DNA from: Chlorokybus atmophyticus
Lineage: Eukaryota > Plantae > Mesostigma and Chlorokybus algae
Assembly: GCA_009103225.1 (NCBI GenBank)
Contig: RHPI01002533.1
Coordinates: forward strand, 938,682 to 1,002,681
Direction of reading: 5' to 3'
DNA length: 64,000 bases
Position 1 is the first letter of the stretch, and each line of letters opens with the position of its first letter. The translations under genes were made by a program, and so were the position numbers. Under the pieces are notes generated by a model. The model was not told where the DNA came from. It was given only the letters and a program-made list of their open reading frames with translations, and did no database searches. Positions 27,342 through 41,170 of this stretch are shown here, one piece after another.

Positions 27342-27858
27342 ATGTCTTGGCGGGCGTCCTTGTCCCGCACCGTCCAGGAGCTCCGGATCCACCTTTGCCA
27401 GACAGGCGCTTCAAGCGCTGGAGCAAGGTGAGATGAGTTTGGTTGTGCCGCAGCAGTGTTCTAAACGCAGCATAAACGCCTTGATACTGTTGCTTCACAT
27501 GCGTATGTTGGATAGTGAACGACGTACTTTTTGCATTGCACAGAGCCTTTGTCAAGAGCTCGTACAAGGATCTCAAGGGGCTCAACCCTCGGCTGCCAAT
27601 CCTTATACGGGAATGCTCGGGCATTGAGCCAAAGTTGTACGCGCGCTTCGGTGAGTTCACGGTGTTGATTGACTGTGATAGTGAGCAGCTTTACCAAGAG
27701 TCAATGCAGAAGCTACTTTGGGTTATCGCTAGAATCGTCTGCTTGAGGTTAAGTGGTGCTGTGCAGATTTTGGCAAGGAGAAGAGTGTCTCCGTGGGTGG
27801 GCTTGACGAGAAGGCCATAGCTGCGAAACTCGAGGAATTGGTGAAGAACCCAGCTTAG
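27342..27858 (+). CDS. NDUFA2: NADH dehydrogenase (complex I) B8 subunit
   Basis: Exons 27342-27427, 27544-27650 and 27767-27858 give MSWRASLSRTVQELRIHLCQT…RAFVKSSYKDLKGLNPRLPILIRECSGIEPKLYARFDFGKEKSV…KLEELVK. Confidence 0.95.
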
Positions 27859-29134
27859 CTTGCAAGTGAGGGCATTCGCAGGCGACACTTGGGATGAAAC
27901 TCAGGAAAGGCAGGTCAGGCTCAATCAGTTCTTCATCAGGATTCATAGCTGCCACGGCATCGGCTCACTCAGTGTGCAGATGGTCCAGGACTGTCAAATG
28001 TGATGTGATTTAGTTGCGTTGGGATGGTGATCCGCGGGTTCTTTGTTATCAGGTTTAGCTTAGGTGCCTAATATGATGCAGTCACATGTGCTAGCCGTGT
28101 GCATAGCGTAGACTTGAGGCTGTGTGCGTTGGCTGAAGACAACAGAGTCGCGCGCGCTGTCCGGGTGATCACGATGATTTACATTTGATTGCTTGTCGAT
28201 GTAAAGGTGTTATAGCATCTACAGCATGCATCAGTTTTGGCTAGCTTGTGCTACATTGCCAGGTAGGTGCCAGGTAGGTGTCTGTGAATATTGTAACAGT
28301 TTCCGCCCAAGCCATATTGACAATGACATGTACGTGAAACATATGTTCACATATATTCGTCTTACATCTGTAGGTACATGCTCGGTCTGCATTATTGTTC
28401 ACTTTGTTGAAGATGCGGTTTGTTTTAATGATGTCGTTGCGCAGTTCTACATGCATGTTTGAATTGCAGCCTCGCTGATTGGTTTGCGCGAAGGTCTTCA
28501 CAATCAATGGTACCGTAGAAAAGGAACATGAGCGAATGGGTGCAAGTTGGCATTGAGGTGGGAGAGTCCAAACTCGGCCATTTTGAGTTCAAACTTTCGA
28601 TATAGCATTCATTGCATAAAAACAGGCGCCTCAAGTGCTGCTGTAATCGAAAATTGCACTTTTAGTACATGTATTCGTAAAGGCTGACACGTGTATCGCA
28701 TGTGAGCACCCTATCAGCAATATGTCTTGGTGTAAAATGCGTGCTGCTAAGTGTTGCTTACAATTCAAGTTTGATGTTGATTATTTCGCACTGTATCATG
28801 TATGAACAACCATTTTGAGTCAATATCATCTGGAAGATAGCAGCAGACCATCATAGCATTCATTAACGGCGATGATTGCAAAACATTCATACGAGTGTAG
28901 ATTACTCAATAAGCTTGTGTGATGAATTGCCATTGATTGGTAGTCTGTGCATGATAGCGTGTCGTACAGCTTGGAATCAATACAGTTTATCATTACAAGG
29001 CAAATGATTTCGTGTATTAAATTATACACAATATTGTGTCTACATGTACATGTTGTGCTTGCTGGCTTGCATTGCATTTGGCCCCTACAGTATACGGTAA
29101 AGTTCGCCTTTGCTACTCTTATGCTTGTGATATA

Positions 29135-30394
<1,260 letters not shown>

Positions 30395-30490
30395 TTTAAG
30401 CCTAACATCAAATATCAATGTGTAATGAGGCAAAAGTTTGTGACAAAGGGGGTTCTGATCACTGAACTAACATGACTTTGTGTATATATG

Positions 30491-30525
<35 letters not shown>

Positions 30526-32103
30526 TGTATTTGACCACAGTCACGGTAGCGTCTTTTGCTACCACAACCTAATGGTCGCAACTTGCTTTGCTATCAAGGT
30601 ATTTTATGATAACGTAGTAATTGCATCGGGTTGTCTTCAACGATACCCATATCAATTTGTATTACGTGCATACCTTACGTGCACATAATATGAAATTCTT
30701 ATGCGAGCCTTCCCATTTTTTTGGTCAACAACCTGCAACGTGGAGCTAGCGCTGCAGACCATTCCCGCGATGGGATTGAAGGTCTGGAGGATAGGTGCGA
30801 TCCTACCACTTCTGCAGCTGATAGCTTTGTCTAGGAGGCCTGCCAGCCGGGCAAGATCTTGGCAACCCAAGCGACACGCGAAGTTTATACATAAAATCTC
30901 AAGTCTATACACGTACTGTGGTGACATTATAACATTTCAAACTGTTTAACTGGTAATGCTTGTTTTTAATAATTCGCATATTGGCATGCATTACATGCAT
31001 ACCTTACGTGCATATGTTATAAAACTCGTATAAAGTTAAGGTTATGCATGTACTCTGGTACCATCTTATCTTGGAGTGTTGAAGTGGTACTACAAATCAT
31101 GTATGTAAACGTAAGTATCCGGTATGTTCCCTCGCTCAGCATAAGAGGGTGGTACATGACAGTTGCTCAGGTACATTATGCAGGTGCAGCCCTTGTAGTG
31201 CTTACAAAGGGTAGCATTTATGGTCACTGCAAGCGCCAATCCCAGAAATTAAACGGCTTCTTTGCGAGCCGCGCCGTCCACATTGCGAGGTGACGGGTGA
31301 CGCTTCTCGCGAGCGTTGTGACGCGATTCGTTGTCACTTTTTACGCGTGTGACTTTTTATTCTCGGTTGCCCTTTTGGCGGCCATGTTAACGCGCCTAAC
31401 AGAAACCTCAGACGATTGTCCCAAACTTCGGACACTTTCCACTAGTTAGGGCGCCGCTCACTGGTTATAGCGTTGTCTTTGGAGCTTGATGGTTCTATGG
31501 AAACCTCAGCTGATAAGCTACCAGTTGAGCTTGACAGAGCCAATCAACTGCGTGCACATCACGCCGTCTAAGACCGGCTGCTTGTGCAGGCGGTCCAAAG
31601 CAGTCCGTGCTCAACTTCGGACGGTTGAGAACATCCTTGTAAGGGGAAGGTACATTATAATTACCACAAATCGACCACAAAAGCACCAAGTCTTTTGTGG
31701 TCGAGTGGGCTATGCAGCCGGATCGCCCGAGGGGCTTTTGCCTGCTAGCCATTAAGCAAGTCCCGACCCCCTCACGTCGGGTGCGACCCGCGTGGAGTCG
31801 CGCGGATTGGTGTTGAAAGTGATGGATTTTGGCATTGCAATGTCCGGTGTTTTCGCCGCGTGTCGGGTCGATTGTGCGTGCCTGGGGGCGTGGGTTTGCA
31901 AGGGTCGAGGATGGTCCGCCGTGATTTGTCCGGACCCAAATCCTAGTTGAGTGGTGTAGTGTCGTGGAATGTCGGTGTGGTCTGTCGGAAGTCCACGCGA
32001 GTGGCGGCGGAAGCTGTTGGCGTAAGTCCCCGCGAGTTGAGCGCGAAGCAAATGGTCATTGTGTGCAAGTCCGCAAGGATGCATGCTATACGCTGGAGAC
32101 GAT

Positions 32104-32135
<32 letters not shown>

Positions 32136-32961
32136 GGTGGCGGCGGTGCCGGCGGGAGGGTTAGGCCTTATGTGCATGTGGAGTTTTCTGGAGCGCTCAT
32201 AGATCCGCTGAAGCAGTAGGGTGTCCCGGCGTATTGCCTAGGTGGTGCCATGTGCTGCTTGCAGGCCTGCAGATGCAAGTGAGCCAGGCTTACGTAGACT
32301 TGAGCTGATAGTAGTGACTCCCTTTTGCTTAATAAAGGCTGTGATTGTGGCGTTAATGTGCGTGTCTCATGGTTGGTGTGGGCTGCAGCTTGTTAGCTGG
32401 TGCTTCGCCGTTTTGGCATGTGCATGTGTGTGAGTCTGACGGCAGGTTTGCTAAGGTTCTGTACTGTCTCATGTGCATGTCATGCAAAATGTTGCAGTGT
32501 TGGTTGTGCCCTTGCACAGTCAACTGCTGTATGAATGATCACATAGAACACAATGGTGAGGTTGTTGCTGACTCGTTGTTTTTTACTGTTGATGATGTTA
32601 CTACAGTCTCAAGTGTGATGAGTATGCAATGGTGCTGTGAACATGTTGTGTAAACGAGTGTGGACATTGTCAATGAATGCATGTCAGACGCCTGCTGTGT
32701 TCATAGCTGCGTTCAACTGTAGGATGTCTACATACTCGTACTCATCTTGTGCTTGTGCTTGTGCTTCAGATGCAGTGCTGAGGTTGATTGTGAATGCTGA
32801 CTGTGCACTGCTGGTGTCTTATATGGATGCATCAAGTTATGTGTGCCGTTTGTTGAGCAGCAGGGTGTTTCAAGGGGTGGGCTCTGTTACCAATTGATGC
32901 ACGCCCATATTGACATGCACGTGGTCTCACAGAGTATGCTGTGAGTGCAAGGGCAATGATT

Positions 32962-34156
32962 TCATGTCCATGACAGCGGTGAGCTGCTGACAGTATATCC
33001 TAAAGCACGCAACATGAGTCGGCCTACATACTCAGAGTAGGCCGGAGGTATGCACTCAACTAGTGTTGACTCGGCTCTGATCCACTCAATGCCGTGCGCT
33101 GTCTTCCAGCCCTCTGTTGTCCCACGTGCGCCTGCTTGCCCGTAAATGGGGTACATATGTGTAGTGCCTATGTAATCTGCTTGGCTGGTGGTGTGTGTAC
33201 AGTGTCCTGACAGTGCACCCAAGCTTTTGCCTACGTGATCGCAGACCATATCCACCGCCACAATGGGGTGGGTCTCAAACACACGATGTCTGAAAGTCGA
33301 GACGCCGAACATGGTGCCGCACAGCGTCATGTTCGGCTTCATGTGCCGTGCAGCATCCGGTATCTCTCCAAACAGTAAGGTTTGCCGGATTGATGTAAGC
33401 GAAGGCGCAACGTGTGCAGTAAAGTGCTGTGGTTCCAATTGGAGGAATGTGCTATACGTTGGAACTCAGGTATGCAGCGCGCATAGGCTTGACATGGTGG
33501 GCTCGCCCAAACCACGTCATATGGTGTTAGGTCAATAGTCATTGCATCTCCAAGGATGAAGGGAAACGGGTACTCTGGCTGCTCGAGGCAGTCGACTCCC
33601 GTCACATCGAAGCCTGCGCGATGAAGGCCCATACTAGCGCCACCGCCACCGCAGCACAAGTCCAGTAACTTGGGACGATGGGGGGCTCCGTCGGGGCTTT
33701 GTGCGGTGTGGGACAACAGGAGGGGCGAGGATGAACTCCACAAGGGAAGACAAGGCAAAGGTGGATCTGCCTTTTGGTTGGTAGGTACTCTACCCCCACC
33801 GATCTTGATGCATGACATGAGGCCATTGACTTGAAGGCACACCACTATGTTGTGCTTTTCAATCTTCATGTGTTGCACATCTCCATCACCAAAACGCACG
33901 CTGTGGCGCACTGGCAAAGCAACGTCGTTAACATATGTCATGAGCGTACATGGTGGGCAGCATTAACGACTGCGTGTGATATGATGCATAGCTTGCACTA
34001 GCACTTACAATTGCAGTCGTTGTAGCTGTAGCTGCAACCCTCATACCAGTCACGGTCCGCTGGCCAGTATACCCTCACCGTACAGCCGACCAAGGCAGCA
34101 CCTCCGTCTGCGCAGCGCTTGCGATATGCGGCGGCGTCATCATCGTGTGCATTTCG
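32962..34156 (-). pseudogene. Tudor domain-C5 cytosine DNA methyltransferase fusion (one frameshift at motif VI); likely has more exons up to about 34960
   Basis: Exon 34156-34009 spliced (GT-AG intron 34008-33911) to 33910 gives [51 protein letters not shown] (Tudor). It continues into [15 protein letters not shown]…GVD…GDA…VVWASPPCQ…PYCLE, then a frameshift at about 33364, then IPDA…LCGTMFG…RHRVFE…GIEW…ECIPPAYSEYVG. Confidence 0.88.
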
Positions 34157-35166
34157 CTGCAATTAGCGCATGGAATGTCACGTACGAACGGTACGTGCAC
34201 TGAACGTGGCGTCAACTATGGCAGCATTGCATGCACTCACCAACGGCGAGAGTGGGATGCATGGCAGCTCGTGTGTGCCCCGCGCCTGTGCGCGTGCGAT
34301 GCCTCTCCCGCAACGCGCGTGTTGGGACTGCGTTGCCAAGTCATGTATGTTACAGCTCGTGGCTGACATCAGGATTGGAGTTGTGAACAACACACGTGCA
34401 GCTCACACAATCGACAGGCAATGTGCATTACGTCGTACCGCAAGCATACGAGGAAAGCGGCATGCGTGGTTGCGCGCCTACACACACAATGCACCCGTGA
34501 CTGCAGGTGACTTAGCTGTGAACTATGAGGTGAGCTGATATTACGAAGATTACATACCTTGTGCAAACTGTATGACGCGTCGGTGGGGTGGCTGCCCCGG
34601 GACACATACGGCATGTTGCGCATGGGTTGTCCATTCCATTCGAACAGCGATTCTGCGCATTGATGACAGGTGCACTGTGTGTGGAAGAACTCAGGGTGTG
34701 TGCATTTCATCTCCTCTGCACTCGATGACATGAAGACCAGCTGCTTGATGATGCCAGCAACAGGCGGTGAATCCGAACAACTGCTTGTACTGCCCGCATT
34801 GGGCTTGATGTCTGTTGAGCCTCGCACGTTGGCCGTTCAAGACTGCATATGCTTGGCACACTGAGCAGATCAGTGCAGGCCTCGATCCGCCGGCGGCGTG
34901 CATGATGGCTGCCGGATGCCACGCATGCATTTGACAGCGCAACTGATGCGCTGCCAGTCATGAGCCTCCTGCGATCATGTTCAACCCTAATAATACGCTC
35001 TCAAACTCTAAAATAGCGATCACAGTGTGTATGTTGACAGTGATCAACCGGCGGTGTGGACCTGAGCGTTGGCAGGGTCGGCGGCCTCCTACCAAACAGG
35101 TACATAGATGTGGGCAAATTGCATGCATGCATCCTGTGGAGTAGGGATGTCACAAGAGTTCACCTG

Positions 35167-38100
35167 TTACTCAATAGGCACTGTCAAGTCTTCTATGATG
35201 TCCAACCACTCGGCTACTGTGTGTTCTTGTGCATCCAATTCTTGTATGTCCTCCAGGTCGGAGAGAACAGTACAGTCATCCTCCGACTGCAGGCTGCTGC
35301 ACTCTTCATCTCCAGTGTCATCATCCTCTGAGCTGCTGGACATCTCCAGCTCCTCTTGCATGTGTGTTTGAGTCTGTGTTGGTAACTCCGGCTGCTGTGT
35401 TTGCTGTGTGTTGAGTTGTGTCGGCTGAGCTGTCTCCGAGTTGTTGCAGCCAATGCATGAGCAACTGTCAGAACAATGCGCGCCTTGCTTGCGGCATTTG
35501 CAGGCCTTGGTCTTGCATTGATTCTTCTTGCAGCTGCACCTGTTCAACACGCGGTCAGCCCTGCTCTTGGCAGCTGCCATGTTGGCTGGAGTGTCCATGA
35601 TGGCACATGCAATGTTGTCGATGACCTCAAACCCATGTTGGTCCAATGCTGGCAGGTGCAGCACGGGCTTCCAAGACTGAAGCCACATCTCAACCACCCA
35701 TATGGACCGGAGGCAGTGATAATGCAATGCTGGAGTTGTGGCCATATCTTCGTGACTGTCACTGGTATGGGGCCATGTGGTCTTGCGGATTGCAGTCAAC
35801 CACTTCTCAATGCAGTCAGAATTGTCTTTGCTGGAGCGCGTGCTATTCACGTCGTAGAATAGCGCTGCTGGTGATGATGTCGGTTGAAAGGCTGTCTTGT
35901 GCTTGTAGAAATAAGCACAGCCGATCAAGCGTAGCATCATTGCAATCGCATTGTCTCTGTTGAGCTGACCAACCGGAGCAATGAACTCTGCCTCTCTGCC
36001 CATTGCGTGCTGCCAGTAGTACAGCTTAGAGATACCAGCAGTGTAACTGGTGTAATCGCAGCCAGTAACTGCGAAAAACAGCAAGATCTGGAGTGACAGC
36101 TGGTTGGGTTGTGTGTGTCTCAACTGTGGCAGATGCTTAAGGTTTTGGTACACAAGGTTAAGGTTGACAAAGGGCGCCCTTGTTGAGGCACTCCCATTGG
36201 TACTGATCTGCACGTGGACTTGCTTGACTGCATCACCCCACATCTCCAGCGCTGCAAGCCCAATAATGGACACATCAGTGTCCGGTGAGTAGATGAGGAT
36301 GGTCTTTTGCGTGCACTGCTTTGCACGATACCATACGCGTGAGTCCGCCTCCGCGTGGTTGCAGCTGTAAGTGTCCACAGTGTCGTAGATTGCTACTCCA
36401 TCCTCTATGCGTACTCTGCGTGCGCATCCAGACCACTCATCCAAGTCAGAGCCGCCTGCCACAATCAGCTCCTGTTCTGGACGCAGGTGTGGTGCCGCCA
36501 TCTCGGGGATGGTCGCAGTAAACAGATGACAGAGCTGGCGTTTGAGGGTGCGATCCGACAATAAAGACCTCCAATTCCTTAGAACCTCGGAGTTGAGTTG
36601 CAAACTAATGCTGCTGCGCTGTGTAGTCCCAACCTTGCTTGCTTGCAGATTCGCCTTGACACCTGTCGCATGCTTAGGGTCGTCAAACACGACATGTAAA
36701 GCTTGCAGTGTCGGGTTGTGCAGTCGAGGGATAATGCAAGTCTTCAGCAGCTGGTCCAGGTAGTCCGCGATGGTGGTGACGTGAGGTAGCGGACTCTTGT
36801 TGATGAGAAACATACCCTCCTGGATGAGACACTCAACGCCAGGGGGAAAGCTGCGGCGCTCAGAGTTCTCAGCGCTGCCCACGAGTGCGGCAAGGAATGA
36901 GGCCTTGTTGCCCTTGCGCATCTGGCCCTCTTCGTTAAACAACGCCGCCGGGATGTCGACATATTGCTGTGTGCATGACTCTTCACCGGCGCCCTGCTTG
37001 GCCAGCCTCTTGAGAATCAAAGTCTGCACGACAACAACCAAGTAAAAAAACATGAACTGCGTTGGTGCCGACATTGCAGCTCAATGGCACAGCAGCATTA
37101 GCAGTGTCAGTGCATGTATCAACCACTGTGCATTCACCTTTTCCCGCCTGCACCTGTTCAGTGCGGTGTTGCCCTTCTTTGCCTTGTTGACCACGGCCAT
37201 GGCCTTCAAGCCGAACCGTTTGGTGACCTTCTGCAGTGGCACTTCACGGCTGTGGGTTGCTTGAACAAACAACTTGAATTGGTCTTGTCCTAGCTGATAA
37301 TGGCGCTGTAGGTCCAATGTGGTAGATGGCGCTGCTGGCCGGGCAGTAGATATGTGTTGCAGGGTGTGCAAGTTGGGCTCTTCAAAGACCAATGCAGCAT
37401 CTAGTGCCCGACACATCCGCTGTACATTGAATATGGTGCGGTAGCTGTCATGTGAACTTGCAGCGCCGCGCACGCCAGGTCCACGCAGCATGCAGCCTCC
37501 GTGCATTATGGTCCTGACCTTCTTCAGCATTATAGCTCGGTACGTAAAATGACCACATTTGGTACGCATGCTTTCTGGTGTAGGCCGCCCTATGCAGTGC
37601 TTTAAGTCCTTGTTAATGAGGCATTCATGCGCTTCATCCGATGCCACTGCATGCCCAGGACTGCCTGTGATAGATACAGCGAAAGCACCCGCCTTCAGAT
37701 GCGATAACACATCATGAGGCATGTCTTGGAGGTCACGCAGATGCAGGCTAATCAAGCGCTGGTACCAAGGGCGATCCCATGCAAAGGCAAGCGGTGCCAG
37801 TTCCTTGTAAGCACCCACTCTAAGGTGCCAATTGCGAGATCTGATTGCACAAAACAACTGCACATAGGCAGCTGCATCTCGCTGCGTAAAATTCCACCAT
37901 AGTGCAAAGGTGCAGTCCACTTTGCTGCGCTCCTCGCCCCACTTGGTGAACTTCTCAGACCACTGTGGGTCTGCCATATCCGCCATGTTCCAGTCCTGCT
38001 CCGTCAACCATGTCGTGCCATCGGGTGAGCTAGTACTCCACACCTTGATTTGGTGTCGGTATATGGCCTCCCATACTTGCAACAAGAAAACATGCACGCG

Positions 38101-41100
38101 CTTCAACTGACTTGCGTCCAGCAACAGATTGCGAGCAGTGCTCCTCGGGAAGCCACACTTGACTGCCAATTCTTCAAGGCCGGCATGATAGTATATTTCC
38201 ATGATGACAGGCAGCAAGTTGTAGAGGGCGTGCCAGTCCCCTGGCAGAGGTACCAGCCATTCCCAATATCCAGGCTCATTCAATTTTAGCTGTTGCATGA
38301 GAGTGTACGTCTTTTGATCTCCAGTAATGGCTACATAATGCCTGGTGGGGTCCAACTTCAACCGTTGTTTGACTTCAGCCAATGCCAGGCGCAGATTGTC
38401 GCTGCTGTCGGGGTTGTAAGGAAGCAGCGGTAAGTACAGGACCTTGCTTGGAATGGTGTCCTCAACTGGCTGTGTTTGTAGCCATGCCTCCTTTACACAG
38501 CCCTCTATCTCTGACTTGTCTTGGTTGAACATCCGGTGCATCAGCGTGTTGTGCATACTGATCTGAAACTTTTGCACAGCACCCTTCTCATCCCAAGACA
38601 TATTCACTATGCTGTGCGACGCAGGATGCGTGGTTTGCTCCGTTCGTTGTTCAGCGCCCCGAACATATGTGGTGGGCAATGGCGCTGGTAGGTCAGCTTC
38701 CAAGAGTGTACGGTGTCGCGTCCGCTGCAACGCACGCCACAACATGTCAACATGACTTGCATGCCACCATTTCATGCAACACATACAAAACCATGCTGGC
38801 AGCTAGAATGCACATATTCTAAGCAGATGTCATACCGGCACATCCTCCTGCACAGGGGCAGTTGTGGAGTCGTTGGGAATCGGTATAGTTGCCATGGTTG
38901 TGGTGCAATGCAGATCGGTGGGCACCTTGCCGTCATAGCGCCCCATGAAGGAACTCTTCATGTCCCAGTTGTCAACTGATAAAAGCACGAACTCCCCTTC
39001 GTCTAGTTCTATAGGCGCTGGATTATCCATTGTGGCCTCATTCCTGGCTGTAATGTGCCTGTCCAAAGTGCTACGACTCACACTGATGCCCATTCTGTTA
39101 AACATCTGTATCAGGACGTCACTACTGGAGTACATATCCAGTGTCTCAGCGAGAGCCACATGCATCTTGGAGTAAGCCTTAGGATTCCTTGCATACACCG
39201 TTGATGACAAGAGGAAACCCGCTCGCAGCACCTTCTGCGATATGTGTTGCGGAGCGTCGTCCATGTGTATTAATTGCAGACCACCATCCTTACTGCAAGT
39301 GAGCGCCTCGAACAGTGCCACGAGGTCAGAGTCAGCCTCACGCAGAGTTTCTTGTGCATCAATAAAGCGCAAGTCTGGGCATGTCACTGAATTGATTACC
39401 ACGCGCCTTCTTACTTCACTCTCCACCAGTTGTCTGATGTAGCGCAGTGTGTCTGAGGTCAAGAGCGATGTTTGATTCTTGTGCGCCACCTGCGACGCCT
39501 TCAAGAGATGCTGCGCAGGGTCTACCCACGCTGGCATAACGATGGACCCATCCACACGGTTCCGTGCCACAGTAAACTTGACTGCTGTCTTGAAACACTT
39601 GACCGCAGCATTGAACAGCTGCCTAGAATCCCTCACGCCATATTGTTTACTCACAGCGTTTAGGTTGACAACACACTCTGATGACAACAGCTGTTGCGCT
39701 ATAGCCACCAGCGCTTTGTGCACGGCCCCAACTCCCCTGCTGGTAAGCACTGACTTGATGTGCACCTCGTGTTGCTTGCGCTGTGTTTGTGCCTCCTCCG
39801 CCCCAGTCGTGCGCTCGGATGTTGTCTGTGCACTTGCTGACTGCTTTTGCAGAAGCTCTGTCCGTTTGCACTAATTGCAACTCCTGTTCAGCACAACGCT
39901 CTTCCAGTGGTGTGAAAGCTAGTTGCAGATGTGTGCACTCCGCTTCCCAGTCCTGAAGCTCCCTGGCCTGCTGCTCCACCTTCATCTCCAGGTCCATATG
40001 TTTGCTTTGCAGCTCTGTATGGGACTGCTCCTCCGCCTCCAGCATTCCTCTGACCACAGAGATCTCGTACGCATGCATGCTGGCATCCTCTACAAGCTTG
40101 TTGTTGTGACTGTGCAGCCTCCTTGCGCGCTCCTTCATTGCGGTGAGTTCTTCAGCCCTGGTCCTTGAGTCGCCTTCCACCGCACGTGTGTGCGCTTGCA
40201 GATCAGACATTGCCTCCTCCTTCTCTTTCAACACCGTTTGCATGTTGGTGTTGAGCATGTGTTGGGCCTGCAATTGTCTGGTCACAGTCTCTAAATGTGC
40301 AACCAACGCACGCTGTGCTGCGTCAAGCCGCTGCGCATTCTCCACTACCACGGCTGTTTGCTGACAACGTTCCTGCAGCCCGTCCTGCGCCTGTTGTGCT
40401 CCCTCCTGACTGCGGCGCAATGCGTCATCAAGCTCTGCCACACGCAGCTTCAAGTGTCGCTCAGCCTCTACCGCCCTATCGCGCTCCTCATCACGCACCG
40501 CCAGTGCCTCCTCCACATCTCCAAGCCTGTCGCCAGATATGCCCAGCAGCCCCTCCGCTTCAGCAACTCGCAGTCGCAGTTGACGCGCGCCCTCTTCGAC
40601 CTCTGTGCACTTGGCCACTCTCTTGGCCAACTCATGTGCGGCTGCTCGAGCTCGGTCATTACTGCTGCGTATTTCCTTCTCCGCTTTTGACACTCGCACA
40701 CGCAGTTGACGTGCAACTTCTTCTACTTCACCCCAATCCTTGTCTCGCTGTGCCAACCCTTTTTCAGCTGCCCGCGCTCGGTCGTCACTGATGCGTACCT
40801 CCTCCTCAATCGCAGCCACCTGCGCCTGGTAAGCAATCCCGTCACGTCTGCGCCACTGCACTACAATTGTCGCTGCTAACAGCTGCGCTGATGATGACCG
40901 CGCCTGTGCTTGCAGTGGTCCTTCTGCACGCCTAGCCTCTGCCAAGGACTCCTTCATCGTCGCCAGCTCGGTTTGCAAAGCCTGCGCGTGCTCCTCCACA
41001 CCACGGATGCAAGCCTGTAGCTTTGCCCGCTCCTCCCCCCAAACACGAGCCCTCTCCCTCTGCTCCTCCTCTGCCGCTGTACGCATCTGCTGCCTCTGTC

Positions 41101-41170
41101 TGTCAAGAGTCTCCTCTACCATGCATAGTTCCACCTGCAGCTGACGATTCAAATCCAGCTGCGACTGCAA
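35167..41170 (-). CDS. Academ transposase: coiled coil, DDE core, XPG/FEN-like nuclease, Cys8 (CXC) finger; spliced, with an apparent frame break at about 39870
   Basis: DDE core: VDNWD (about 38970), GDQKT (about 38315), GDWH (about 38235), DEAHE (about 37630). XPG-like: EGMF, VVFDD, NHAEADSRV, SPDTDV, TGCDYTS. Finger: CSCKKNQCKTKACKCRKQGAHCSDSCSCIGC. Phase-0 GT-AG introns at about 38833-38728 and 37138-37026 join the ORFs. Possible 5' exons extend to about 42850. Confidence 0.85.
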
